From Alphaproteobacteria bacterium (GTDB lineage: Bacteria > Pseudomonadota > Alphaproteobacteria > Rickettsiales > Rickettsiaceae), in assembly GCA_020627625.1 (NCBI GenBank), contig JAHDGL010000001.1, positions 1 through 62,938 on the forward strand: a stretch of DNA of 62,938 nucleotides, written 5' to 3'. Positions 30,292 through 40,233 of the stretch are shown one piece after another. The translations under genes and the position numbers were made by a program. Every line of letters starts with the position of its first letter. Position 1 is the stretch's first letter. The notes beneath the pieces are model-generated. The model did not search any database and had not been told where the DNA came from. It saw only the letters and a list, made by a program, of their open reading frames with translations.

Positions 30292-32367
30292 ATGAGTGAT
30301 AATGGCGAATTATTGATAGAATTACTTTCTGGTGAAATTCCCGCTATGATGCAACAAAAAGCAGCCAGAGCTTATAAAGATATTTTTAATAAATATTTTT
30401 TGGATAATTCAATTAAATTCGAACAAATTAATATTTATGTCGGGCCAAGACGTTTGACAATTCATGTTGTTGGTTTAGCTAAAAAACTACCACCAACAAT
30501 TACAGAATTAAAAGGGCCTAAAGTTACTGCAAATCTTGATGCTATAAGTGGTTTTTGCCGTTCTAAAAATATTAGCCTCAATGATTTAACACGTACAGAA
30601 ATTAAAGGTTCGGAATTTTACATTTACAAACAAGAAACTCCAGAAAAAAATACAAAAGATATATTGCTAAAAAGTTTGTACAAACCAATTTCTGAATATG
30701 TATGGCCTAAATCTATGTATTGGGGAAATTATAAAATAAAATGGGTGCGTCCATTAGATAATATTTTATGTATATTTGATGGAGAAATTATAGCTTTTAA
30801 TTACGGTCATTTAACAGCTAATAATTTGTGTTATGGTCACAGATTTATGTCTCCAGATATGCATAAAATTAGTAATTTTGCAGAATATATGAAAATATTA
30901 AAAGATAATTTTGTAATGTTAGATGCAAATGATCGTAAGAAATATATTCAAAATGAATTAACAAAACAATCAAAAGCTTTGGGGTTGGTTGTTAAAGAAG
31001 ATGAAAAATTACTTGAAGAAGTAGTAGGTCTTGTTGAATATCCGCAAATATTACTAGGAAAAATAGATAAAAGATTCTTATCAGTCCCAAGCCAGATTTT
31101 AGTAAGCGCAATGCGTTCTCATCAAAAATATTTTAGCTTGTTTGACCAGGATGGAAATTTTGCTCCGTATTTTCTTTTTGTATCTAATATTGCATCAACA
31201 GATGTTGATACTGTAATTGCGGGCAATGAAAAAGTATTATCCGCTAGATTAGCAGATGCATTATATTTTTATAATCAAGATCTAAAAACATCTTTACATA
31301 AAAAATCTGAAAATTTAGAAAAAGTAATTTTTCACGCAAAGCTTGGTAGTCTTAAAGATAAAACCAAACGCCTCGCAGAAATAGTAAAATTTATTGATCC
31401 AAATAATAATAACGCAGCAAAAGCAGCATTATTATGTAAAAGCGATATTGTGTCAGAAGTAGTAGACGAATTTCCAACTTTGCAAGGCATGATGGGTTAT
31501 TACTATGCAAAACATGAATCATTAGACAATGAATTGGCAGTAGCTATTCGTGATCATTACAAACCTCAAGGGCCTTCTGATCATTGTCCGACCGGTGCTG
31601 CTGCAACATTAGCCCTAGCCGATAAAATAGATAGTTTTTGTGGTTTAATGCTTGCTGGCGAGAGGGCGAGCGGTTCAAAAGATCCATTTGCATTAAGAAG
31701 ACAGGCTTTGGGGATAATTCGTATTATCTTAGAGAATAATTTATCTCTAGATTTACAAAATTTAGTTAATTTTGTATCCGATCAGTATAAAGATAAATTA
31801 ATTGTTGATGAAGAATCTAAAAAGCAAATTGATGAATCTAGAGCACAAATTATTTTATTTTTAGAAGAACGTTTAAAATATTTTTTCAAGGAAAAATATA
31901 GTAATAATTTGATTGCATCTTTATTAGATTTAAATAAAGAATCAAGCTTAGTCGAAATTAAAAATAAATTAGAAACGCTTAATGAATTTTTGTCTACAGA
32001 GCAAGGCGATGATTTGTTAACATCTTATAAAAGAGCTAATAACATCATAGAAAAAGCAAAAATAGAAAAAACAAATTTGAAAGATAATACAAACAATGAC
32101 ATTGATCAATCTCTATTAATATCTGAACATGAAATAAAGCTATTTTCTGCTATCAAACATTGTAATGAAAAAATCACCGAAATTATTAACATCAAAAATT
32201 ATAAAGAAACTCTAGAGTTGCTAGCTAGTATGCGTGGTGTCATAACTGGTTTTTTTGATAATGTTATGGTAAAAGATAAAGACCCACTGATTACAAATAA
32301 TCGTATGCTACTCTTAACACAGATCAAGCAGATTTTTAATAAAATAGCAAATTTTGATAAATTTTGA
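30292..32367 (+). CDS. glyS: Glycine-tRNA ligase beta subunit
   Basis: PRRL, VGLVEYP, GNEKVLSARLADA, EFPTLQGMMG, GSKDPFALRR. Confidence 0.97.
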   Translation: MSDNGELLIELLSGEIPAMMQQKAARAYKDIFNKYFLDNSIKFEQINIYVGPRRLTIHVVGLAKKLPPTITELKGPKVTANLDAISGFCRSKNISLNDLTRTEIKGSEFYIYKQETPEKNTKDILLKSLYKPISEYVWPKSMYWGNYKIKWVRPLDNILCIFDGEIIAFNYGHLTANNLCYGHRFMSPDMHKISNFAEYMKILKDNFVMLDANDRKKYIQNELTKQSKALGLVVKEDEKLLEEVVGLVEYPQILLGKIDKRFLSVPSQILVSAMRSHQKYFSLFDQDGNFAPYFLFVSNIASTDVDTVIAGNEKVLSARLADALYFYNQDLKTSLHKKSENLEKVIFHAKLGSLKDKTKRLAEIVKFIDPNNNNAAKAALLCKSDIVSEVVDEFPTLQGMMGYYYAKHESLDNELAVAIRDHYKPQGPSDHCPTGAAATLALADKIDSFCGLMLAGERASGSKDPFALRRQALGIIRIILENNLSLDLQNLVNFVSDQYKDKLIVDEESKKQIDESRAQIILFLEERLKYFFKEKYSNNLIASLLDLNKESSLVEIKNKLETLNEFLSTEQGDDLLTSYKRANNIIEKAKIEKTNLKDNTNNDIDQSLLISEHEIKLFSAIKHCNEKITEIINIKNYKETLELLASMRGVITGFFDNVMVKDKDPLITNNRMLLLTQIKQIFNKIANFDKF

Positions 32368-32408
32368 TGAGTAGAAAAAACAAATCAATAAATAAATTAA
32401 GTAAATAA

Positions 32409-33365
32409 ATGAGCGATATAAATCAAGCTGCAAAAATTATTAAAAATGGTAGCCTGGTCGCCTTCCCAACAGAAACAGTGTATGGTCTTGGCGCAGATGC
32501 AACTAACCAACTTGCTTGCCTTGAGATTTTTCGTGCCAAAGGACGCCCAACGAATAATCCATTAATAATTCATGTTGCTTCTATTGAAAAAGCTATGTCT
32601 TTAGCTGAATTTAACGACGATGCTAAATTATTAGCAAAATTCTGGCCAGGACCAATTTCTTTTGTACTTCCTAAGAAGAAAAATTTAGAACTCGCGGATT
32701 GCGTCAGTGCGGGGCTTGATACTATTGCAATTCGTATCCCTTCACACCCGATCGCTTTGGAGTTAATAAAAGCAAGTTCATGCCCGATAGCTGCGCCTAG
32801 CGCTAATAAATCTGGATATTTAAGCCCTACTTTGCCTGAGCATATAAGAAAGAATTTTACGGATAAAATATTTATATTAGAAGACCAAGAAAATCGTTTA
32901 TCTTACGGATTAGAGTCAACAATACTTGATTTAAGCACCTCTATTCCTACTATTTTACGATATGGATTTATAACTCCAGAAAACATAGAATCAGTTTTAG
33001 GTAAAAAAGTAGCCATTGCATCAAAATTATCTGCAATAAAAGCTCCAGGCATGGCATATCTACATTACTCTCCTAAAACAAAACTTAGAATTAATGCTAC
33101 AAAATTAAATGATAATGAGATTGGTCTAAATTTTGCTAATAGTAAACTGGGAGGAAAATATTCTTTGAATTTGAGCATTAATGGTAATTTAGCAGAAGCT
33201 GCATCTAATTTATTTGCATATCTATATAAATTAGATGAATTTGCGTTATCAAATAATTTGCATAGAATTGCTGTTGCTCCTATTCCCAATGAGTCTATAG
33301 GTCTTGCAATAAATGATCGTTTAAAAAGGGCTGCAGAAAACTCTATTAATTTGAGTTCAAACTAG
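32409..33365 (+). CDS. sua5: Threonylcarbamoyl-AMP synthase (Sua5 type)
   Basis: VAFPTETVYGLGADA, KGRPTNNPLIIH, AAPSANKSG, APGM..HYSP, AINDRLKRAA. Confidence 0.94.
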   Translation: MSDINQAAKIIKNGSLVAFPTETVYGLGADATNQLACLEIFRAKGRPTNNPLIIHVASIEKAMSLAEFNDDAKLLAKFWPGPISFVLPKKKNLELADCVSAGLDTIAIRIPSHPIALELIKASSCPIAAPSANKSGYLSPTLPEHIRKNFTDKIFILEDQENRLSYGLESTILDLSTSIPTILRYGFITPENIESVLGKKVAIASKLSAIKAPGMAYLHYSPKTKLRINATKLNDNEIGLNFANSKLGGKYSLNLSINGNLAEAASNLFAYLYKLDEFALSNNLHRIAVAPIPNESIGLAINDRLKRAAENSINLSSN

Positions 33366-33463
33366 TAAAAATAAGCAAAGAATGAGTGTTGTATGTCGAA
33401 TAGTACAATCTTGTCGTTGTTACAAGGATATTGGTTTAACCTCAACCTATAGATAAGAAATAA

Positions 33464-33539
33464 TGGTGAGCCCGCCGGGGCTCGAACCCGGGACACCCTG
33501 ATTAAAAGTCAAGTGCTCTACCAACTGAGCTACGGGCTC
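33464..33539 (-). tRNA. tRNA-Lys(UUU)
   Basis: 76-nt cloverleaf GAGCCCG...CTTTTAA...GGTTCGAGCC...CGGGCTCACCA. Confidence 0.97.
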
Positions 33540-33750
33540 ACATAAATAGATACCAAAATATATTATATGTAATATATAATTTTAAGTCTCACCATTACTC
33601 TGTAGTAAGTGCTTTGAACTAAATATAAACTAAAATAAGTATATTTTAATTTTCAAAGATTTATTGATTTATTCAATAAGTTAATTTACTTTATCGTCGA
33701 AAAACAATAATATGTCAACAATTATTTTATAAATACGAGTTAATTTTAAA

Positions 33751-34503
33751 ATGTATCCCAACTATCCTGAAATATTATCTGATGTAGCAATAATTATTCC
33801 ATCTCGCATAGGTTCTACTAGATTACCACAAAAAGCTTTACTTAATATAGGCGAGCTTTCATTAATTGAACATGTAATTCATAATTTGAAAAATATTGCA
33901 AAAAATAATTTATACATAGCTACAGATTCTATAAAAATATCAAATCTTGCAAATAAAGCAGGGGCAATTGCGATAATGACGGATGAAAATTGTTTGACTG
34001 GTTCAGATCGCGTATATCAGGCTTTACAAAAAATACCAGAGAATCGCAAAATTAAATATGTAATTAATGTACAAGGTGACATGCCATTTATTAAACCTTC
34101 AATTATAACAAAAATTATAAATGGTTTAAAAAATAATGAAGGTGATATCATGACACCTGTTGTAAAAATTAATAATGAATTAGCTCAAAATGACTCAAAT
34201 GTTAAAGTCGTTATAAATAAGTCTAAGCAAGCAATGTATTTTTCTAGAAGTTTAATTCCATATGGCGGATCAGAGTTTTTATACCATGTTGGAATATACG
34301 GTTTTAAACGTCATACTCTAGAAGAGTTTGTAAAATTACCACAAGAAAATTGTGAAAAATCAGAAAAGTTAGAGCAACTCAGAGCATTAGAACATGGTAT
34401 CAAAATAGGAGTTTGTTTCTCGAATGAGATACCAATTTCAGTTGACACCCCAGATGATTTAGAAAAAGCCCGAGAATATTATATGTCCTTACATAATAGT
34501 TAA
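33751..34503 (+). CDS. kdsB: CMP-KDO synthetase
   Basis: IIPSRIGSTRLPQK, TGSDR, NVQGD, AMYFSR, EKLEQLRALE, SVDTPDD. Confidence 0.96.
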   Translation: MYPNYPEILSDVAIIIPSRIGSTRLPQKALLNIGELSLIEHVIHNLKNIAKNNLYIATDSIKISNLANKAGAIAIMTDENCLTGSDRVYQALQKIPENRKIKYVINVQGDMPFIKPSIITKIINGLKNNEGDIMTPVVKINNELAQNDSNVKVVINKSKQAMYFSRSLIPYGGSEFLYHVGIYGFKRHTLEEFVKLPQENCEKSEKLEQLRALEHGIKIGVCFSNEIPISVDTPDDLEKAREYYMSLHNS

Positions 34504-34522
34504 AATCACGGTAATTTGAATA

Positions 34523-34547
34523 TATAGCAAATATGCGTTGAACTATA
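34523..34547. repeat. 25-bp mini-palindrome, reference copy
   Basis: TATAGCAAATATGCGTTGAACTATA. Related copies lie at 10504, 20616, 40209 and 57384. Confidence 0.75.
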
Positions 34548-34581
34548 GTAAAATCCAATCAAAGGAATTATAAAGATTTTT

Positions 34582-35787
34582 ATGATTATCAAGAAAAATT
34601 TAAATATTAAATCCAAACATTGTTTGACAATTATCAAAATATTAAAATCATCAAATGCTAACACGCGAATTATTGGCGGAGCAGTTAGAGATTCTTTATT
34701 GGGTGTAAATAGTTCCGATATAGATATTGCTACAGATTTGACGCCTGATAAAGTGATAAAACTACTATCTTCGCATAATATTAAAGTTATTCCAACAGGA
34801 ATTAAATTTGGTACAGTAACAGCGATTATACAAAATGAACATTTCGAGATCACTACATTACGCAAAGATTTGAACTGCGATGGAAGATATGCGCAAATTA
34901 CTTATACAGATGATTTTGCAGAAGATGCAGCTCGTAGGGACTTTACTATTAACGCACTTAGCTATTGCCCTATAGAACATATTATTTACGATTATTTTGA
35001 TGGTATATCAGACCTAAAAGCAAAAAAGTTAATTTTTATTGGTAATCCAGAACAACGAATCAAAGAAGATTATTTACGTATATTGCGTTTTTTTCGATTC
35101 TCTTCTAGATATGCAAAAGAACTTAATAAGGAAGCTTTAGAGGCGTGTATTTTGTACAAAAAGAAATTAAAATCTTTATCAGGTGAGCGTATAAAAGCAG
35201 AGTTAGATTTATTGTTACCACTGCCAAATAGTTCTAAGATTTTATCTTGTATGTTTAAAATAGGTATTCTAGAACAAATATTACCAATCGATAATTATGA
35301 CCAAGAGCTACACAAGAAGGCTTTAAAAATAGCAAATTCTTTTGGAACCAACTTAGAATTACCTATAATTTATACAATATTATTCATCTCTTGTGATGAT
35401 ATATCCTTAAAGCAATTACTAAATTTAAAATTTTCTCGTCTTAAAAGTAGAATGATAATAAAGATGCTCGAGTTAACAAAAACCAAAGACATCTCCATAA
35501 TGATTACAAAATTAAAAAACATTTGGCTTGAAAATAAAGATTGTTTATTATATTTTATCTGCGCTTCATTAACTATTGAAGATTTTTCTTTGATTAAATC
35601 CCTGCATAATGATTTAAAAAAATTAAATCGCCCTGTTTTTCCAGTAAATGGAGAGGATTTATTAAAGCTAGGTTATAAGAATAAAGAATTAGGCAAATCT
35701 TTAAATTTTATAAAAAACGCGTGGATAGAAAGTAATTTCACGTTAAATAAAATACAATTAATCAAATTGGTCAAAAATAGTGAATAA
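34582..35787 (+). CDS. cca: CCA tRNA nucleotidyltransferase (class II)
   Basis: GGAVRD, DIDIAT, RRDFTINA, EDYLRILR, SGERI. Confidence 0.88.
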   Translation: MIIKKNLNIKSKHCLTIIKILKSSNANTRIIGGAVRDSLLGVNSSDIDIATDLTPDKVIKLLSSHNIKVIPTGIKFGTVTAIIQNEHFEITTLRKDLNCDGRYAQITYTDDFAEDAARRDFTINALSYCPIEHIIYDYFDGISDLKAKKLIFIGNPEQRIKEDYLRILRFFRFSSRYAKELNKEALEACILYKKKLKSLSGERIKAELDLLLPLPNSSKILSCMFKIGILEQILPIDNYDQELHKKALKIANSFGTNLELPIIYTILFISCDDISLKQLLNLKFSRLKSRMIIKMLELTKTKDISIMITKLKNIWLENKDCLLYFICASLTIEDFSLIKSLHNDLKKLNRPVFPVNGEDLLKLGYKNKELGKSLNFIKNAWIESNFTLNKIQLIKLVKNSE

Positions 35788-36643
35788 TAAAATATTACTT
35801 ACGGAAATGATATTAACAGGAATAATATTATTTTTTGTTAATATAGCAATAGCTACACCTCCTAAAATTGTAACTAGCATAACTCCAATCGCAAGTATTA
35901 TATCTATGATAACAAAAGATGTTGCAAAGATAGTAGCTATCGACGCATCAAATGGTTGTCCACATCACTATCATGTACGACCTAGTGATAAAGAAAAAAT
36001 AGATAATGCAAAATTATTAGTTTATATTGACGATCATTTTGATAGTTTTTCCAAACATCTTTTTGCAGACTCCCAGGAAGAAGTAATTCAAATCAGCGAT
36101 TTAGAATCTATAAATTTTACAGATAGTAATGGACAAAAAAATTGGCATTTCTGGTTAAGTCTTGATAATATACTTAAGCTAAATAATGAATTTGTGTCAA
36201 TCTTATCTAAAAAATTCCCAGACCTTAAAACAGATATTATTAAAAATCAAGATAACTTTAAAATGAAAATTCGTTCTCTTGCAGAGAGCAAGAAAAGTGC
36301 ACTTAAATCTATAAGTACCTTAGTTTTACTTAGCGATAGTTTAGAACATTTTTTTACTGAAATAGACCAAAATACTAAAATTATCAAATTATATCAAAAA
36401 CAATATCCAAGCTTAAAATACCTATCAAAAATAGAAAAAACACTCAATTCCGATTCCAATCAATGTATTGTGATTGATAACACTCAAGATCCAACATTAT
36501 ATAAAAAATTTAACAAAAAAATTATACAACTAGAATCTGAAAATTGGTCTGTAAAAGATTTTAATTCAGAAATTTCGGATTTATTTTATACAAAATATAC
36601 AAACTTAATCAATCAATTACAGGATTGTATAACGCGAATTTAG
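35780..36643 (+). CDS. znuA: Zn/Mn ABC transporter substrate-binding protein (ZnuA-like)
   Basis: Signal peptide, IVTSITPIASI, CPHHYHVRPSD, NWHFWLS. Confidence 0.78.
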   Translation: MNNKILLTEMILTGIILFFVNIAIATPPKIVTSITPIASIISMITKDVAKIVAIDASNGCPHHYHVRPSDKEKIDNAKLLVYIDDHFDSFSKHLFADSQEEVIQISDLESINFTDSNGQKNWHFWLSLDNILKLNNEFVSILSKKFPDLKTDIIKNQDNFKMKIRSLAESKKSALKSISTLVLLSDSLEHFFTEIDQNTKIIKLYQKQYPSLKYLSKIEKTLNSDSNQCIVIDNTQDPTLYKKFNKKIIQLESENWSVKDFNSEISDLFYTKYTNLINQLQDCITRI

Positions 36644-36699
36644 GAGTTTTATTTATTAATTTTACATAATTCGATGCACACCACCTACAAAAAAATTGG

Positions 36700-38172
36700 C
36701 TATTCTCCTTGAGCAAGAGAATAGCCTCTTTTCCCATCAAATTCATATAAATTTTCAGTTTTTATAAAATCAATCTCCGATTTTGCCAAATTTTTTAATA
36801 AAAATATAATATCACTGTGATTCATTTTATTAGATTTTGGTATAAAACGACAGCACCAATGATCTGATTCGATAAAATATTCTTGGTCACGAGGCCATAA
36901 TTTAAGTCCCTTTGAAGCTATTGTTTTTAAAATAATATTACCGCTATCAATTAAATTTATCTTGCTTGCTAATTGATTTGCCGAATTTAAATGAATATCA
37001 ATAAACACATCCACACCAACAAGCTTTTTAACTTCGGATAAATTTATTTTATAACTATTATTATTCTCCTGATGCTCGGGACTTTCTTGTGAGTTTGGAT
37101 TTTTATCGCTATTATATTTCGCTATTTTTAACTTACTTGGTTCTTGACCTAATCTTTTTACTACTTCTTTTGCAAATGTATCTGTTCCCACTTTTTTAGA
37201 AGATTTCTTATCATTATATATATCAGCTGTATGTATTCCGTCTTCTATTGTCTTTTTCCATGCATTTTCTATATTTGCAGCAATATCTCCCTGACCAATA
37301 TGCGATAGCATCATTATCGCCCCATTTAATAAACCAGAAGGATTGGCAATATTTTGCCCAGCAATATCTGGAGCTGAACCGTGAATTGCTTCAAACATTG
37401 CATATTCTTTGCCGATATTTGCAGAACCTGCCAAACCAACGGAACCAGAAATTTCCGCCGTAACATCAGAAATGATGTCGCCAAACAAATTTGAGGTAAC
37501 TACCACATCAAAAATCTCTGGATTATTAGCAATTTTAGCAGTACCAATATCCACTATATAATGTTCATTTTTTATTTCAGGATATTCTTTAGCTATTTCG
37601 TCAAATACCTGATGAAATAATCCATCTGAAAATTTCATAATATTGTCTTTACTAAAGCAAGTTACTTTCTGACGATTATTTTTTACTGCATATTCAAAAG
37701 CATATCGAATAATTTTTTCGCAACCAGTGCGGCTAATTAATTTTACTGATTCACGCATATTACGAGTATGACGATATTCTATCCCAGCATATAAATCTTC
37801 TTCATTTTCACGTATAATAACTACATCCATTTCTGGATGACGAGTTTCTACAAATGGAAAATATGATACAGATGGGCGAACATTGGCATATAAACCAAGA
37901 GCTTTCCGTAATGTTACGTTAATGCTTTTATATCCACCACCTTGGGGTGTTGTAACAGGTGATTTTAGAATAATTCCAGTACGTTTTAATGATTCCCAAC
38001 TATCGCCAGATATTCCAGAACTATAATTCTTGGCATAGAGCTTTTCGCCAATTTCTATTATCTCTACACGTATATTAGCTTCAGCTTTTTGCAGGATAAA
38101 CATCACTGCTTGCATTATTTCAGGGCCTATCCCATCACCATAGGCAACAGTAATTGGAACTGTGTTTGACAT
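36700..38172 (-). CDS. icd: Isocitrate dehydrogenase (rickettsial long type)
   Basis: GDGIGPEI, IIRENEEDLYAGIE, NLFGDIISD, MFEAIHGSAPDIAG, C-terminal YSLAQGE. Confidence 0.96.
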   Translation of the reverse strand: MSNTVPITVAYGDGIGPEIMQAVMFILQKAEANIRVEIIEIGEKLYAKNYSSGISGDSWESLKRTGIILKSPVTTPQGGGYKSINVTLRKALGLYANVRPSVSYFPFVETRHPEMDVVIIRENEEDLYAGIEYRHTRNMRESVKLISRTGCEKIIRYAFEYAVKNNRQKVTCFSKDNIMKFSDGLFHQVFDEIAKEYPEIKNEHYIVDIGTAKIANNPEIFDVVVTSNLFGDIISDVTAEISGSVGLAGSANIGKEYAMFEAIHGSAPDIAGQNIANPSGLLNGAIMMLSHIGQGDIAANIENAWKKTIEDGIHTADIYNDKKSSKKVGTDTFAKEVVKRLGQEPSKLKIAKYNSDKNPNSQESPEHQENNNSYKINLSEVKKLVGVDVFIDIHLNSANQLASKINLIDSGNIILKTIASKGLKLWPRDQEYFIESDHWCCRFIPKSNKMNHSDIIFLLKNLAKSEIDFIKTENLYEFDGKRGYSLAQGE

Positions 38173-38256
38173 AGATTCTTCTCCTACAAAATAACATAAA
38201 TTTCAAACTATAGAAATATAGAGCACTATAGTAAAATAGTAATCTATAATTTAAGG

Positions 38257-39267
38257 TTATACAGTCATTTTAGTTAAATTCACGTTTAAACCAAACTGAT
38301 CTGCAACCAAATTACAAGTTTCTTGCGCTTTGATTCTTGCCTTAAATGCACCATTATTTAGTATATTTAATATATATTGTTTATCTTGGATAATTTTCTG
38401 ATACTCTTTATTAATAGGCCCTAATCTTGAAATTATTAAATCTGCCAGATCTTTTTTAAAAACTGCAAATCCTTTATTGTGATATTGATTGACAATATTT
38501 TCCGGTGTTTGGCCTGATAAGCTAGAGAATATATTAATTAAATTGGTTATTTCAGGACGATTTTCTATATCGTAACTAATTTCCGATAAATTATCCGTTT
38601 TGGCCCTTTTAAGCTTTTGCATTATTGTATCAGGATCATCTGTAAGATTAATTCTAGATGCATCGCTTAAATCAGATTTGCTCATTTTTTTTCTTCCATC
38701 CCGAAGGCTCATTACTCTAGTTGCCGCGCCTTGAATCAAAGGCTCTGGTAATTTTAATATTGTTTTGCCAAATTTTCTATTTAACGCGCCAACAATATCT
38801 CTGGTTAATTCTAAATGCTGTTTCTGATCATCACCTACTGGTACAATATCTGGATTATAAAGCAAAATATCTGCCGCCATTAAAATTGGGTAAGTAAATA
38901 AACCTGTGTTAGCATTATCTTGTTTCTTTCCCGCCTTATCTTTAAATTGGGTCATACGCTTTAACCAACCTATAGGCGTGATGCAATTCAACATCCAGGC
39001 TAGTTGACAATGTTCTGCTATTGCAGATTGTAGAAAAATTGCCGATTTATTAGGATCAATTCCACATGCTAAATAAATTGCGGCTGAATTTATTGTAGAT
39101 TCTCTTAATTCGTCAGGGTCACGATCTATAGTAATTGAATGTAAGTCAGCTAAAAAGAAATAACAATCATAATTATCCTGCATATTAAGCCAATTATTTA
39201 TAGATCCAAGATAATTTCCAAGATGTAATTTACCAGTTGTTTGGATTCCTGACAATGCAATTTTCAT
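38257..39267 (-). CDS. trpS: Tryptophan-tRNA ligase
   Basis: HLGN, YPILMAADIL, VGDDQKQHLELTRD, KMSKS. Confidence 0.98.
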   Translation of the reverse strand: MKIALSGIQTTGKLHLGNYLGSINNWLNMQDNYDCYFFLADLHSITIDRDPDELRESTINSAAIYLACGIDPNKSAIFLQSAIAEHCQLAWMLNCITPIGWLKRMTQFKDKAGKKQDNANTGLFTYPILMAADILLYNPDIVPVGDDQKQHLELTRDIVGALNRKFGKTILKLPEPLIQGAATRVMSLRDGRKKMSKSDLSDASRINLTDDPDTIMQKLKRAKTDNLSEISYDIENRPEITNLINIFSSLSGQTPENIVNQYHNKGFAVFKKDLADLIISRLGPINKEYQKIIQDKQYILNILNNGAFKARIKAQETCNLVADQFGLNVNLTKMTV

Positions 39268-39413
39268 TATTATTCCTCTAAAATTAATCGATTGTTTTTA
39301 CTATATATTTATAACGCGAGTTTATACGCAACTAAACTTATGTAAATCATAGTTTACATAATAGAGAAATAAATATATAGTTTTTATTGTTAATTTTATA
39401 TAAACTATTCCTT

Positions 39414-40160
39414 ATGTTTTCAGTTTGGCATTTGCGAATAATTACATTTCATACAGTAATTAGCTTCGTAATGATATCATTTTTTCTATTATTTTGCATA
39501 CCAATTCAATTTGTTGGGGCGCCCTCTTTTGTACGCAATACAATATCAAAAATATTTGCCTATATATATATTTATTCAATGTGGTTCATTTGCGGCATTA
39601 AATTTAAAATTGAAGGTAGAGAAAAATTACCACGAAATGGTAAGCCATATATTGCACTAGCGAATCACCAATCATTTTGGGAAAATTTCTTTATGCAATT
39701 AATCATTCCCAACCCTTCGTTTGTGGTAAAACAAGAATTACTAGATATTCCTATATTTGGTCGTTGTTTAAAGGCCGCAAGACCTGTAGTTGTTGACAGA
39801 AAGAATAGTAGATCCGTTCTACAAATACTACAAGAAGGAGAGAAAAAAATAGATGGTGGTTTATCTGTTGTAATGTTTCCAGAATCAACTCGCGTTAAAG
39901 TAGATAAGAATGTTGCGTTTAAAGTCAGCGCCGCTAAGCTAGCGTTAAATACTAAAGTACCAATTATTCTTATCGCTCATAATGCAGGCTTAATATGGCG
40001 CAAAGGTTTTTGGTTCGAACGCAAGGGAACTATCAAAGTTAAAATAATAGAAATAGTTTCACCAGATTTTGCAGAAAAGCTAAATGCAAGAGAGTTAAAC
40101 TCTTATATTCAAGAAAGAATTACTACAGAGAAAAACAAATTGGTTAAGCTTGGTGTTTAA
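39414..40160 (+). CDS. plsC: 1-acyl-glycerol-3-phosphate acyltransferase (PlsC family)
   Basis: NHQSFWE and FPESTR motifs with an N-terminal hydrophobic segment. Start taken at ATG 39414. Confidence 0.82.
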   Translation: MFSVWHLRIITFHTVISFVMISFFLLFCIPIQFVGAPSFVRNTISKIFAYIYIYSMWFICGIKFKIEGREKLPRNGKPYIALANHQSFWENFFMQLIIPNPSFVVKQELLDIPIFGRCLKAARPVVVDRKNSRSVLQILQEGEKKIDGGLSVVMFPESTRVKVDKNVAFKVSAAKLALNTKVPIILIAHNAGLIWRKGFWFERKGTIKVKIIEIVSPDFAEKLNARELNSYIQERITTEKNKLVKLGV

Positions 40161-40198
40161 ACGTGAATTAAGGATAAGAAGATTTGCATATTATTTGC
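40159..40198. repeat. 40-bp IS982-like end relic
   Basis: 38/40 identical to the reverse complement of 54081-54120. Confidence 0.75.
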
Positions 40199-40208
40199 CT
40201 AAAATATA

Positions 40209-40233
40209 TATAGCAAACATGTTTTGAACTATA
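40209..40233. repeat. 25-bp mini-palindrome copy overlapping the sucB stop codon
   Basis: TATAGCAAACATGTTTTGAACTATA, 22/25 match to 34523-34547. Confidence 0.7.
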
